Below are positions 1-11,825 of a stretch of DNA of 64,000 bases, piece after piece. Within the stretch, counting starts at the first letter, position 1. Every line of letters begins with the position of its first letter. The notes beneath the pieces are model-generated. The model had not been told where the DNA came from, did not search any database, and saw nothing but the letters and a program-made list of their open reading frames with translations. A program made the translations under genes and the position numbers. Origin of the DNA: Eledone cirrhosa (lineage: Eukaryota); the NCBI GenBank assembly GCA_964016885.1, contig OZ024740.1:117242001-117306000 (forward strand). The letters are read 5' to 3'.

Positions 1-217
1 ACACGCGCGCATACTCTCTTTCATTTTCACACACGCTGTAAATCTGTCTAGCTCAATCTATCAACACTGTATAAGTGTATGAGTGTGTATTTATATATGT
101 ATATATACATAATATATATACCTGTGTATCCATATAGTGGGGTGTGTGTATATATATATATATGCAAACACACAGACGCGCGCGAATATATATAGTATTC
201 AGAAACTGCAGAAGTCC

Positions 218-280
<63 letters not shown>

Positions 281-286
281 AAAGAG

Positions 287-371
<85 letters not shown>

Positions 372-855
372 TGTGCGAATGTTCATTTGTGCATGAGTAT
401 GTTTGAACAGTATAGAAAGAGCGAGGTACACGCACACACACATACACGCAAATACATTAATGCGCCCATATGCTCACACACATACAAAACCCTAGTGTAA
501 ACATTAACATACGTATATGATAACACTCAAGGATTTATTCATCTATATAGGTAATTATAAGCTGATGACACATATAACTGTAACCTTGTATAGACACCTA
601 TATTTATTTATGCAGTAATATACTAGAGTGGAAGAATGTGTGGTTATGACGAAAGGAACACAAAAATATACAGGTAAAAGCGTATGCCTTTATACACGTA
701 TAAAGGGATATAGATGTTTACAAACATGAGCTAAGTGAGATTTTGAGGCGTTCGTCTGTCGTAATTGAATTACGTGAGAGGAGGATATGCAGGACCATAA
801 AGGCCAACTAGGGAGGTGTCTGATGTGCAGATTTCAGAAAGGTGCATTAATGAAA

Positions 856-1043
856 CTAGCAAAAAACCACCCTTCGGGTCGTTTTCTGCTAGCATGTGTA
901 GTGTGTGTATTGATATTTTACGCAAGTATATATGCATGTAGATATGATACATCAAATAAAATCATAATTGACAATATACACAGAAATTGAACGAAAACTG
1001 TGCTACACTCTCTTATGTAATCAGTAACGTAATCCATGATACA
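856..1043 (-). mobile_element. Helitron-like 3' terminus (copy 1)
   Basis: About 190-bp reverse-complement match to 26186-26374; ends in a hairpin followed by CTAG then T. Confidence 0.6.
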
Positions 1044-1146
1044 AATCCCGTCGAGGTTGACTTTGCCTTTCATCCTTATGGGGTCGATAAAATAAAGTAC
1101 CATTGGGATAATTGCTGATCTTGTGCCAAAAGTAGAAACAATTATT
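1043..1146 (+). mobile_element. tRNA-derived SINE (Meta/MESC-like central domain), 5'-truncated
   Basis: gactttgcctttcatccttatggggtcgataaaataaagtacca core shared by many copies in the window. Confidence 0.8.
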
Positions 1147-2395
1147 TTCCTACGATCAATAAGTAAAACACTAAACTTGTCATGATTTGGCGAAGTTGAA
1201 TATGGAGTGTGTTGTAGGCTTGGTAATTTTCCTAGTGTGGTCAGAGCAAGAAGTGTCAAAAACTATGTTCATCAGCATACCAAACAGTAACTTGAAATTG
1301 TTTTATTTGGGAGAATAATGTACATAACTGGGATAAGGAGGGATCACTGAAGGGCTAACTTACGAAACTAAATACCGAGGCGCCAACCGTTGGTTTACGT
1401 GTATACATTTGAACACATAGAACCTTATAATGTTATTTATTTTTACGAGTGTGAAATAAATGGCGTATATGGATTTAAGAAGGATATACTGATATCATAA
1501 TTTTATCATGAATACTGCATTAATAGAATTGTTTGACATTTTTTCAAGATATTACTTAGCTGTATATTATTGCTACGAACTTGCTTGTAGTTAACGTTTC
1601 CAGGAACCATCACGCGTGGCCCACACTGTCAAATGCGTTCTCGTTTATAATAGGTAATAGGAAATCTTTTTTTTAGGTATTCGATTTTACCAAGAATTGA
1701 CTAGTTAAAAATAAGATTAATGCAGCAAATTGATGTAGAAACTGCTACTTTCTGAATATATTAATAGCTTTACATTGTGGAAGATAATTTTAGCCACAAG
1801 AACTGTTACATTCGCTGTACATTTATCATTGTTTGTGATCTGGGGACTGAAAACTTTGACTTTAAGAAATAAATGATAAATAGAAAGAACAGATGATAAT
1901 TGTTGTCTGTTTTTGAATGTTAAAAATGAATTGTCTACGAAATAATTGCTTTCATTACAATATAGTCTCAAATGAAGTCAGTTGCCTGAAAAGTAAAACT
2001 CCGAAATTAACAGTTTGTATGATGATTAAAGCTTTACAGGATTCTGACGAACGTTTTACTCGGAAGAAAGTTCACTTAGGTATGATACTCCTCTACCACT
2101 GAGCTTGATGCTTTATTAAGCGACAGGCTAACTAATCATATTCTATTTACCACACTAATGAAACCAAATGCCCATTTTCAGTAACATATTTGTGTGAGGG
2201 ATTTAAAACTCTCGTTCAAGAAACAACGGGGATACATCCTGACTAACATATGTCAAAGTAATGAAAACAGAAGCTCTCGCTTTGAAATGTTTCTTGAAGG
2301 TTTCTTTGCAGGCCCTTTTCTCATTTCGATGATTTAAATATGAAACTGTATATACATATATATATGTGTGTGTGTGTGTGCGTATACGTGTGTAC

Positions 2396-2464
<69 letters not shown>

Positions 2465-3195
2465 ATTTATATATATATATACATATACACATATATAACT
2501 GTGCATGTTACCAGTCTCTAAGATCTATCTATCTATTCAGCACTTTCTCCCTCACTTGTAACACTATTGTGTGTTCCAGCCGACAGGTTGGGGCGATGCT
2601 GGTACACCACCATATATATACATATGTGTCTGCATGTGTGTGCAATTAGTTAGGAAAAATAAACCCACTGAATCAATCACTAACATTTCTAGATAATGAC
2701 ATGTCCTCGATGAGACAACAATTATTACGGTTAATGAAGAGTATTGAACTCAAAAGCGCTCAAGATTGATCATCACTAATCTAATCCTACTCTCAAGATT
2801 GATTATCAACGCTCATGATTAAACATTAACACCTTAATGTCGAAATTAGACACCATCCATACAGTTTTCTTGTTAATTTGTTAATTCATTTAATCTACTC
2901 ATATATATATATTTTCAACGATGAGTGTTCTAGTTATATGAACAACGTAACAGCCAGCTCCTGAATAAACGAGTAAGTGGCAGATCATTCCACAGACACG
3001 TGTACCCTTAACGCAATTCTCGGGGGCAGTTCTGAGTAATACAGTGTGGGACAAGGCTGGTCAATCTGTCTATCTATCCATCTATCTATCTATCTATCTA
3101 TCTAGTTTAAGCATATTAAAAACGTTTTTGTTATTTTCTAACATTTCTATAAACAACAATCATTTGACTTCATAACTTCACCGACTATATACCCA

Positions 3196-3254
<59 letters not shown>

Positions 3255-3310
3255 TAAAGATAGAAATATAAAAAGATAGATAGAAAGATAGATAGATAGA
3301 TAGATAGATA

Positions 3311-3893
3311 TGTTTCTTTATTTGCCACAAGGGCGCACAAGAAAAGGGGACAATACAAAGACACATGCCGGGGATTTTACATACAATCGTGTAAAAATAT
3401 TGAAACAAACAAATTAACAATCGAAATCCCCAATAGGGGGGAGGCACCACAAATGGTTTAATACCCCGTCGATAGCTTGTTTAATACCCCAACTTCAGGA
3501 GCGTGTTGTGCAAGTGCTCCTTTCTTCCTTTTTTTCTCTTCTTCAACATACAGGTTTATATACAGAGAAGGCCCAATCACTCGGGCCATTTTTGCTGCAT
3601 TCACCCACCTTTCAGTAAATTTACTGGGGTGCAGTACCTTTCTCTCCACTCTGATCCTCCTTCTAAAGTGGTACCTAAAGAAGGGAATGAGTTGTTGTCC
3701 GGAGAGAAAGGCATTTGTCCTGCGTCCTCTCAATCTCGTCCACCATATAACCTCTTTCACCGTAGCCACTATACAGAGGAAAACCACCTCTCTTTCGTTT
3801 TTGAGAGAGGTTGGTGGTTTGATCCTTACTATGGACTCGGCATCAACTGGATTTGTCCCATACGCGACAGCAGTTGTTCTGCATAGTTCCACA
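3311..3893 (-). mobile_element. 5'-truncated L1/Tx1-like LINE 3' end inside a (GATA)n tract
   Basis: ORF 3458-3892 (VVFLCIVATVKEVIWWTRL...FFRYHFRRRIRVER...FTERW) resembles the L1/Tx1 ORF2 C-terminus. AATAAA on the minus strand at 3317-3322; GATA repeats on both flanks. Confidence 0.7.
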
Positions 3894-4064
3894 GATCGAT
3901 TGATAGATAGATAGATAAATAGATGGATAGCGAAAGTACCTGCTCTGCTATGTTACGTTTCGAGCGTAAATGAAAGGCGAACATTAAAAGAAAACCATTA
4001 TGCATGAGGATTCCGAATATAAATTCAAAGGTGGTTGGTAAGTCACCATCATTGTCATCTGTGA

Positions 4065-4258
4065 CAATAATTGTTTCTACTTTAGGCCCAAGGCCAGCAA
4101 TTATTCCAGGGTATAACTGGTACTTTATTTTATCGACCCAGTAAGGATGAAAGGCAAAGTTAACCTCGGCGGGATTTGAACTCAGTCCGTAAAGGGACGT
4201 AACTGTGCTGCAAAGCATGGTATCCGACCCTCTACCGATACTGCCAATATACCGCCCT
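4065..4258 (-). mobile_element. tRNA-derived SINE, full length; more decayed copy adjacent at about 4290-4500
   Basis: Head agggcggt..attggcagtatcggtagag (A-box-like), gagttcaaatccc (B-box), shared core, tail ending agtagaaacaattatt. Confidence 0.85.
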
Positions 4259-4937
4259 AAACAATAATGAAAAGAATAATAATGATGATTTCTGAATTAC
4301 GTAGAAAGCCAGCAATTTGTTGGAAATAGACGACCAATTATGTTGATCCCAATATATTACTGGTATTTTATCTTATCAACCTTAGAAGGATGAAAGGCAA
4401 ATTTGAAATTTTGAATTAGTGGGATTTGAACTCAGAACGTAAACCTCCGAACACATACTGCAAAACATCTGTCCAGCGCTCTAACGACTCTGTCAATCTA
4501 AATAATAATAATATAAACAATAACATGATCATCATCATTAGCAGTAGTAGTAACAACACTAACATATATATATATCTAGGTACTATGACATTACTTATGT
4601 ATTTGCTAGCATTAGTGTACATCTGTACGCATATGTTGGTAGATATATCAATTCTCTATATTTATCTCCAAATTATTTATTTGTTGAGCAAACCTGCCAA
4701 ATCCGCTACTAATTCATTGGTGTGGTAGTAGGCTTCTGTCATCTTACCAACCCACTCCTTCCGACTAGCCTCAGTGTCACGTGATTGATTCTTTAGAATC
4801 TGCCATTTGACCAGAGACAGCGAGCTTTTCAGTGCATGGAATCCAGTCCCCGCTAGCTGTTCCATCCACCGAATTATTATTATTTTTATATAAGTCCCTA
4901 GTGTCCGCGCATTGCCTGGAGACTTAGCTGAGAATAG

Positions 4938-5019
4938 ACTCCCTGATGACGTAATGAATTCTCGATGGTTATATTACGTAACTATCTTTATCCCATTACA
5001 GAAACTAATTAGTTGGAGT
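4938..5019 (+). ncRNA. Minimal type I hammerhead ribozyme
   Basis: ACTCC-CTGATGA-c-GTAATG...CATTAC-a-GAAA-CTAATTAG-TT-GGAGT. Stem I ACTCC/GGAGT, palindromic stem III ACTAATTAGT, GUU triplet. Confidence 0.8.
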
Positions 5020-5072
5020 GAAAATTTTAGTAAGTTAATTTTAAATTTTTTTTTTTATTTTCTTATTTTACG

Positions 5073-5120
<48 letters not shown>

Positions 5121-5123
<3 letters not shown>

Positions 5124-5695
5124 TTGTGCCTCTCCTTTGTTCTGTCCAACGCCATCTTGTTTTTGTGTGTGTTGTGTGCTTAGTTTGCGCATGTGTTCCA
5201 TCCGGGTGTCTGTATCTGTTTTTATTTGTTTATTTATTTGTTTATTTACATGTTACTAGTTGGTTGTTTGTTCTATGTGTGTGTGTTTTCATTTTGTCCT
5301 TAACTGCAAGTTATGATGTTGCTATTCCATTCATGTTTTCTATTTAATTTTGGCTGGAGTTCATTTATGTTTATTGCCTCTGTGATTTGTCTAAACATTG
5401 CGTCTTTTCTGTGTGTAGGTTTTATTTTTATTTCTATGTTCTCTAATTTGCCATTATGTTCTATTTTAGCATGTTGGTGGAGTACTGATGAGTTTTTTCT
5501 ATCTTGAAGCTCTCGCCAGTGTTCATTTAATCGTTCTCCTATACTACGAGCTGTCTCACCTATGTACATTATATTCTTATCTTTACATTGTCCCTCAGTA
5601 CAACTTATGCTATATACTATGTGTCTAGATTTGCAGTTAATATGGGGGCTTAGTTTACAGATTATGCATTTCTTATCTATACAGGGAGGTCTTTT
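5121..5695 (-). mobile_element. Penelope-like element 3' fragment: Cys-rich linker, GIY-YIG endonuclease and 3' UTR ending at (TA)n
   Basis: The frame extends upstream of the ORF-track start: KRPPCIDKKCIICKLSPHINCKSRHIVYSISCTEGQCKDKNIMYIGETARSIGERLNEH...LHQHAKIEH...RQITEAININELQPKLNRKHEW. It has IVY..YIG, the conserved R, E and N, and a CCHH pattern typical of Penelope-like endonucleases; the Cys-rich linker suggests Neptune-like. Confidence 0.85.
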
Positions 5696-5734
5696 TTAAA
5701 TTTATAATTCAATTTATAATAAATTGGAGTGAAA

Positions 5735-5840
5735 GCAAATGGTGCGTGTGTTTCTTATTGGCAACATGACCCTCCCAAAGTATAACAATATCGGTTTCAA
5801 CACACGTTTTCAGATAAAGAATCTTGCTAAACAAATTCAG
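5735..5840 (-). repeat. Unclassified dispersed repeat, homolog at about 43555-43690 (+)
   Basis: gtgtgt.gaaac..atattgttatactt.gggagggtcat shared in opposite orientation. Confidence 0.6.
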
Positions 5841-5909
5841 AAACTATATATATATAGTTGAATAAGATAACAAGGACGATTGGTTACTCCTTCATTACGT
5901 TTATTAGTT

Positions 5910-5994
5910 GGTGACGTGCGTTTCGCCACTGACCAGCTCAAAGTTCGATCTGTATCGATCTGACCTGACACTGTAATCTGCGGCTCATCAGACC
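5910..5994 (-). ncRNA. Minimal type I hammerhead ribozyme
   Basis: Reverse complement GGT-CTGATGA-GCCGC...GTGGC-GAAA-CGCACG-TC-ACC. Intact core, GUC triplet, short stem I. Confidence 0.75.
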
Positions 5995-6011
5995 CCTTGT
6001 AATGTTAATGG

Positions 6012-6060
<49 letters not shown>

Positions 6061-6064
<4 letters not shown>

Positions 6065-6195
6065 GGCACAAGGCCAGCAATTACCCAGTGCATTACTCGT
6101 ACTTTATATTATCGACCCCGTAAGGATGAAAGGCAAAGTCAACCTCGGCGGGATTTGAACTCAGATCGTAAAGGGACGCAACTATGCTGGAAATA
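6061..6195 (-). mobile_element. SINE, same family, partial
   Basis: atcgaccccgtaaggatgaaaggcaaagtcaacctcggcgggatttgaactc. Confidence 0.82.
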
Positions 6196-6393
6196 CGTTG
6201 ACGGAACCAGCAAGGATTTCACTGCTAGTACCGGTTGTATCTCAGCGTACTCAATAGGTAATGTTAATTAAACTCCCAGATTAGACACATAGTTATTCGC
6301 TTCAACACGACGCATTCAAACAGGTATCTTCAATCTTTACCCGTACTCTAATTTCGGTATTGAGTACTCCTTTCTCTCAGCCGTCAACCATAT

Positions 6394-6453
<60 letters not shown>

Positions 6454-6518
6454 GAATGCATATATGTATGTATGCCTGTATATAACTATATGTGATTGTG
6501 TGTCCGCGCATGTTGCAA

Positions 6519-6596
<78 letters not shown>

Positions 6597-6609
6597 CACA
6601 CGTAGAGAT

Positions 6610-6719
<110 letters not shown>

Positions 6720-8057
6720 GGTGGATTACGTTTCGAGAAATTTGTGACCGGATTTTCGCTTCAAATACGAAAATATTTTGTTGGAAGAAATACAAAAGCA
6801 TAAAGGTCTGAGGAATATAACAATACTAAAACATCTTGACTACATGCTGGCCTCTGTGCTGTAGAAAGAAGGGGTGGATTTAAATGAAAAAAGAACTAGA
6901 GAATAGAGAATGGTAGAAAGCAAAATGTAAGAAGAAAAGAATGAACGAAAGAAAAACATAAGAAAGAAATAAGAAAAGAAGACAACAGAATTTTAAAAAA
7001 ATAGTCGGGGAGGGAGGACGTCGAGCGTAATGGTTATTTTGTCAGCGGGATTATAATTTAAAAAGCAGATATTCACGGTCTTCTTGATGGGATAGGAAGG
7101 AAAGTTACGGGGGAATTCGGTATGGCTCATCATCACCCCAGGGGGTAACTGAACGAATCTGAAGAAGCTCAGATGATCTATGATCTTGCAGTATTTTCAT
7201 CGACACGCATGCCTGTTTTCAAAGAGAACAGCCAAGAAGGCAATTCGTCCAGGCAGCAGCGGGGCAACTTTTCAAACGCATAGTGTTTCGTATTGGGTTT
7301 TATTTTGGCCTGCCTGTTGCGTTGTTACAAAAATGTATGAATGAATGAATGACTAAATAAATAAATAATTAAATAAATAAAGTTATTTCAAGATAGTTCA
7401 GGTAATGTAAAGAGGCGAATTTGCAGAGTCGTTTAGACATCAGAGAAAATATCACCTCAGTGTATGTTCCGTCTCACGGCGCTCGGAGTTCACATTCAAT
7501 TAAATTCGACTTCCCCTTTCATCCTTTCGAGGTCGATAAATAAATAGTCACAGTCCAATACGGGGGTCGACTGTCTATTTTCTTCTTTAACACATTCTCT
7601 GGAAGAAATCAGCTTCGTTCCGACCTGGAGAGTGATTCTCTCCGCAAGGTATAAAATATTCAAGAGACATCATGTGTTAGCACAGGACTCCTACGATTCC
7701 AACAAGAGTTAAGGACCCTTTGCACAACCTTTAGATTTAAGGTAATTTAGACTAATATAATTTCCTTCTCAAATTGTATATATATATATATGTGTACGAC
7801 TGAAATTATTTTCAAGCAGAATATATATATATCCGACATTTACGTCTCTCTCTCCCTCTAATTGTATACACACACACACATACGTATACATAGGTTATTA
7901 TGTGAGTAACTTGGTTACTAGCGGTGATGCTGGTCGAAGCACTCGGTACTGTTACTGTGTCCGTCTCTCGTTGGGTTGTACTCCAGGTTTAAGGCGGTTG
8001 TAGTTTGCCGAGTGCATATAAAGTGACAATAAGAATTGAAGCTTTTTGTAAACTTTA

Positions 8058-8149
8058 TTTCATATCACAATTATTTCTATATCGATCATCTCGAGTTTTA
8101 TCGTGCGATCGGATCCCGACTCATAATCGACGTTTCCTCAGATATGAAA
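8058..8149 (-). ncRNA. Degenerate type I hammerhead motif (GUG at the cleavage triplet, probably inactive)
   Basis: Reverse complement TTTCATAT-CTGAGGA-aac-GTCGATT...GATCGAT-ata-GAAA-TAATTG-TG-ATATGAAA; 8-bp stem I. Confidence 0.6.
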
Positions 8150-8795
8150 GTTTACACTCGGCATAGAGTGTATACATATGAATAAAGTTTCGCTGTTTGA
8201 TTATGTTTACTGTAGAATTAACTCCAATCAACGAGGACTATCCTCACAATTTCAAAACTGAACTCCCTTTAGAAGCGAGGAAGATAACGTCTACGACCTT
8301 GGTTCATCCAGACTTTTTAGGAAAATTTAAGACAGTGCAGTGTGAGTGACCCCAGGCACTATCCCTTTACTCTTTATTGACATACACACTCAGCATATTA
8401 TTCCTTTCCTCTTTCCTATATCTATATCTAATCATTCCCAGTCATGCCCACTTCCGAAATAAATATGATTTGCTAAGGAGCTTGTATGTTGTTTTCAACA
8501 ACTTAGTTTATAAACAAATTACACTCTGCATGCATTCTATTGAGCTGTTCCTCAGTATACACAACAGCAAAACACTATAAAATAGATGAGTTGTCACCCC
8601 TTGTTTGCCTCTTTCTTCCCTTGCTCGTAGTTAATTAAGAATTTTCGTAATTTCTTGCAACTTCTCGATCAGCCACTTGTAAATAGTTTATGGTCTGCTG
8701 GAATGCCAAGCATTCTTGAGATATATTATCTCAATTGAAAAATCTGAATGTGGCATGAATCCAGCCGGTATATGTTGTTTAATAACGTCATTTAG

Positions 8796-8836
<41 letters not shown>

Positions 8837-8840
<4 letters not shown>

Positions 8841-8924
8841 GGCTTCTACAGGACTAGAACTGTTTCATTCGGAAGAAATCATCTTCCTCCGAATGAAACA
8901 GTTCTAGTCCTGTAGAAGCCATTT
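8837..8924. repeat. Perfect 37-bp inverted repeat with 14-nt spacer, containing hammerhead 3' halves
   Basis: Arms 8837-8873 and 8888-8924; each contains GAAACAGTTCTAGTC-CTGTAG. The element continues to about 9003; relatives at 42870-43024 and 37928-37976. Confidence 0.9.
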
Positions 8925-9021
8925 CTATATTAAATTACTTTTACTCTGCTATGTATTGAGTACCTTACTTTCTGTGGTTATCTCCGATTTAACCCGGGAT
9001 TTACATATATATATATATATA

Positions 9022-9282
9022 TGTAGGAGGTGAGTTTTATTGTAGTACAATAAAGCAATGCAGATATCGGATAAGAAGCACTCTACAGTTTGTAGGACTG
9101 GAGTATACATAATATGTAAGATCAAAAGATGGTTAAAGGAGTTCCATGTATTTTATTATGCGCATTTCAAAAACAAACATCATCATGCAATAATATTTGT
9201 GTTTTCATCAGATAAAACAGGAGGACATGATATGAAGGCTAAAAAACACTTGTGGATAGTGCAGTTTTAAATCAACATATGA
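9022..9282 (-). mobile_element. HHR-bearing Penelope-type repeat, near-identical to 36057-36314
   Basis: Both copies begin tgtaggaggtgagttttattgtagtacaataaagc directly after (TA)n and match through ttttaaatcaacatatg. Confidence 0.8.
9150..9218 (-). ncRNA. Minimal type I hammerhead ribozyme
   Basis: Reverse complement GTTTTAT-CTGATGA-AAACACAAA...TTTGTTTTT-GAAA-TGCGCA-TA-ATAAAAT. Palindromic stem III ATGCGCAT, AUA triplet. Confidence 0.78.
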
Positions 9283-9574
9283 AAAGTAATTTTAGATTGA
9301 TGTGTGATATTGGGAAAAATATTTTATTTAGAGAGGGGGGGGGTGGAAAGGATGAAAAAAGGGGAGGAGATGAGAGTGAAGGTGGAGAGGGAGAGATGGG
9401 TGATATAGAGAGAAAAAGATAGTTTTTATAACTGAGAAAAGATATATTGTTTTACATAGAGAGGTTGAAAACCGTTGGAAGATAATGTATAAATTAAAAG
9501 AATATATATATATATATAAAAGTTAAAGAATGAAGAGTAACATGGTTGGCTGTACAATAAGGGCTTTATTTAAT

Positions 9575-9685
9575 GTACTGACAATTGTTTCGTTGATCTG
9601 GTGAGTCTAGAGTTCGATAATCGCTTGAGGTTGCGTCATTCGATCTCCAATACATTATTTGCCTCTGCTCAACACATCAGAGTAC
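9575..9685 (-). ncRNA. Type I hammerhead motif with an A9-to-U core change
   Basis: Reverse complement GTACT-CTGATGT-GTTGA...TCAAC-GAAA-CAATTG-TC-AGTAC. Perfect stems I and II, palindromic stem III ACAATTGT, GUC triplet. Confidence 0.7.
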
Positions 9686-10237
9686 GTAGATATGAAAGTA
9701 ATTCACTCGAAGCAAAACTTATATAGAAAAATAGCGTATAATCAAAACAATAACATCAATAATAAAACATGTATGGTAAATTAGGTAGAGAAGTTACAGA
9801 TGTAAAAAGTAAAAAGTAAAATATAAGATAGGATACATTAAAAAATAAGAAAATGAGAAAATGGAAAATATAAATAAATAAATAAGTGAGAGTGTGGAAG
9901 TACATAATAGTAGATTTTGAGTAAGTGTTCTTATAAGTATTCGTTGGTGGGATTAGAGCTAACATGTGAAACCAGATTCGAGATGTATAGATACGTGTAG
10001 AGGGTCCGATAAAAGAAAAGACAATAAATTAGAGATTAATTGGTGGATACATGTATGATATTTATGGGCTAAGGATAACGGGACATTTGATAAACGCTTG
10101 TTGTAAATGTTTTGCTGTTGTTCTATCTTAATGGGGTTGATGCTGTTTCAGGGAGAGAGGGTGAAAGAAATGTTCAGAGATTTATGATCCAGTGACCAGT
10201 TGGCCGTTTAATAGCTAATAGCAGTGCGATGGTGTGT

Positions 10238-10308
<71 letters not shown>

Positions 10309-10340
10309 AGAGAGAGGGAGAGAGAGAGAGAGGGAGAGAA

Positions 10341-10408
<68 letters not shown>

Positions 10409-10541
10409 TGTGGTGCTGAGAGCGAGTTGACCACTAATCATGTGAGTACTCAATACATGGGAAAATGTAAAATGGGTATAGAGATGTGTTATATCCTGAC
10501 CGCGACGCCACCCCGAAACCGCTTAGTCGTGGTTTTACTCA

Positions 10542-10594
<53 letters not shown>

Positions 10595-10739
10595 ATGAGT
10601 TGTAAACATGCATGCAATATATATTATTTATATTATATGTCATCATTATTTTGCTCGCTTCGTTCATGCCTGTACGCGTTGGGCGGCTCTTATTCCGCAC
10701 AACATCTTGCCACATATAACGGTTCATTGTCATCCCTTT

Positions 10740-11825
10740 CCTAGTGTTTAGCCTCCTGAGATTAACTTTAATCTCTTCTTCTCATGTATTTCTCTATCAT
10801 CACCTCAATACGCATCATATGCTTTACCACATTGCATATGATTCCTGTTACTTCTAGCTTGTCTCGCAGGGCATTTGTTCTCCATCATCCATGCGCACAA
10901 ATACTAAACGTTCATTGAAGCCAGGGGCCTCGCTTGCCTTAAAAATGTGAGGGGACAAACGATCACTTTTTTATTCTTAAAGGAGCATAAATTGCTTATG
11001 GTGCCTTTCCCGGACCATATCACATAAGTAAAATTTTACACTAATTAAATTTTATACATTCAAATGAAGTTAGGATATAAAAATATAAGCTTAAAAAGAA
11101 TTTATTATATCAAATAAACAAAAAATAAAATATAGACGTTCGAAAAAGTGTGTGTGTGTGTGGGGGGGGGGGTACATGTCTCCTGGTACCCCCCTGAATC
11201 AAGGCCCTTGATAGAAGCATACTATACTAATTTCTTTTTAGCCTACGCAAATCATTTCCAATCAGTGTCCTTGTTTTACTTTTACGCAACCTCATGTTTC
11301 GTATATGAACATCATTCAACCTGCTCTTCACTTGGAGAAAGATAATCGATTTGTTTCTAGCAGAGGTACTTGTTTTCTGGAAATATTTTCACGCAGTTTG
11401 TATTCTTGCTACTATGCCTTGATAAATAAATCTATCTAACTGCATCTGAGAAGTCTTCTGAACAAAAAAAAAAAAGTAGAAACAATTATTATTTAAGTGC
11501 TCTTATTACTAACTTCTCCTACACGCCAGGTACATATTTAGTTCATCTCGCTCAACTTGTCTATGATCTGAAAGATTATCTTGTGTAACCATAGTTTATT
11601 TATAACGGATGCAACTTATGATATTTCCAAGTTTTATGCATTTTGAGCGTATCACTTGTCAGGTGGCAGTAGAGCCTTGTCTCTTCTGTTAACTAAAACG
11701 GTTGCCTTTGCTAAATTTACTTTAAGTCCCCCGAGTTATTGCTTTAGAATCCTTTGATTATTCAACAGATTTGATTATGAAGATAGGTCATCGGCATATA
11801 GAGCCACCCACAGAGCTATCTTAAA
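10740..11825 (-). mobile_element. Highly decayed RTE-like LINE remnants
   Basis: Reverse complement of 11785-11801 encodes LYADDL; gctaaatttactttaagtcc resembles GL.VNLAK of the intact ORF. Interrupted by a MITE. Confidence 0.55.
10922..11210. mobile_element. hAT-type MITE
   Basis: TIRs CAGGGGCCTCG and CAAGGGCCTTG (9/11 match); 8-bp TSD attgaagc (10914-10921) and atagaagc (11211-11218). Confidence 0.7.

Noticed and set aside
4065-4258. tRNA genes suggested by A/B-box-like motifs
   Set aside because: They are SINE heads: no cloverleaf, and always attached to the SINE core.
5300-5695. Selenocysteine recoding, reported in some Penelope-like clades
   Set aside because: No in-frame TGA in this fragment, and the endonuclease is C-terminal.
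10428-10535. Possible decayed hammerhead (accac...GAAACCGCTTAGTC-GTGGT)
   Set aside because: 5' core reads CTAATCA and stem II does not pair; too degenerate to call.
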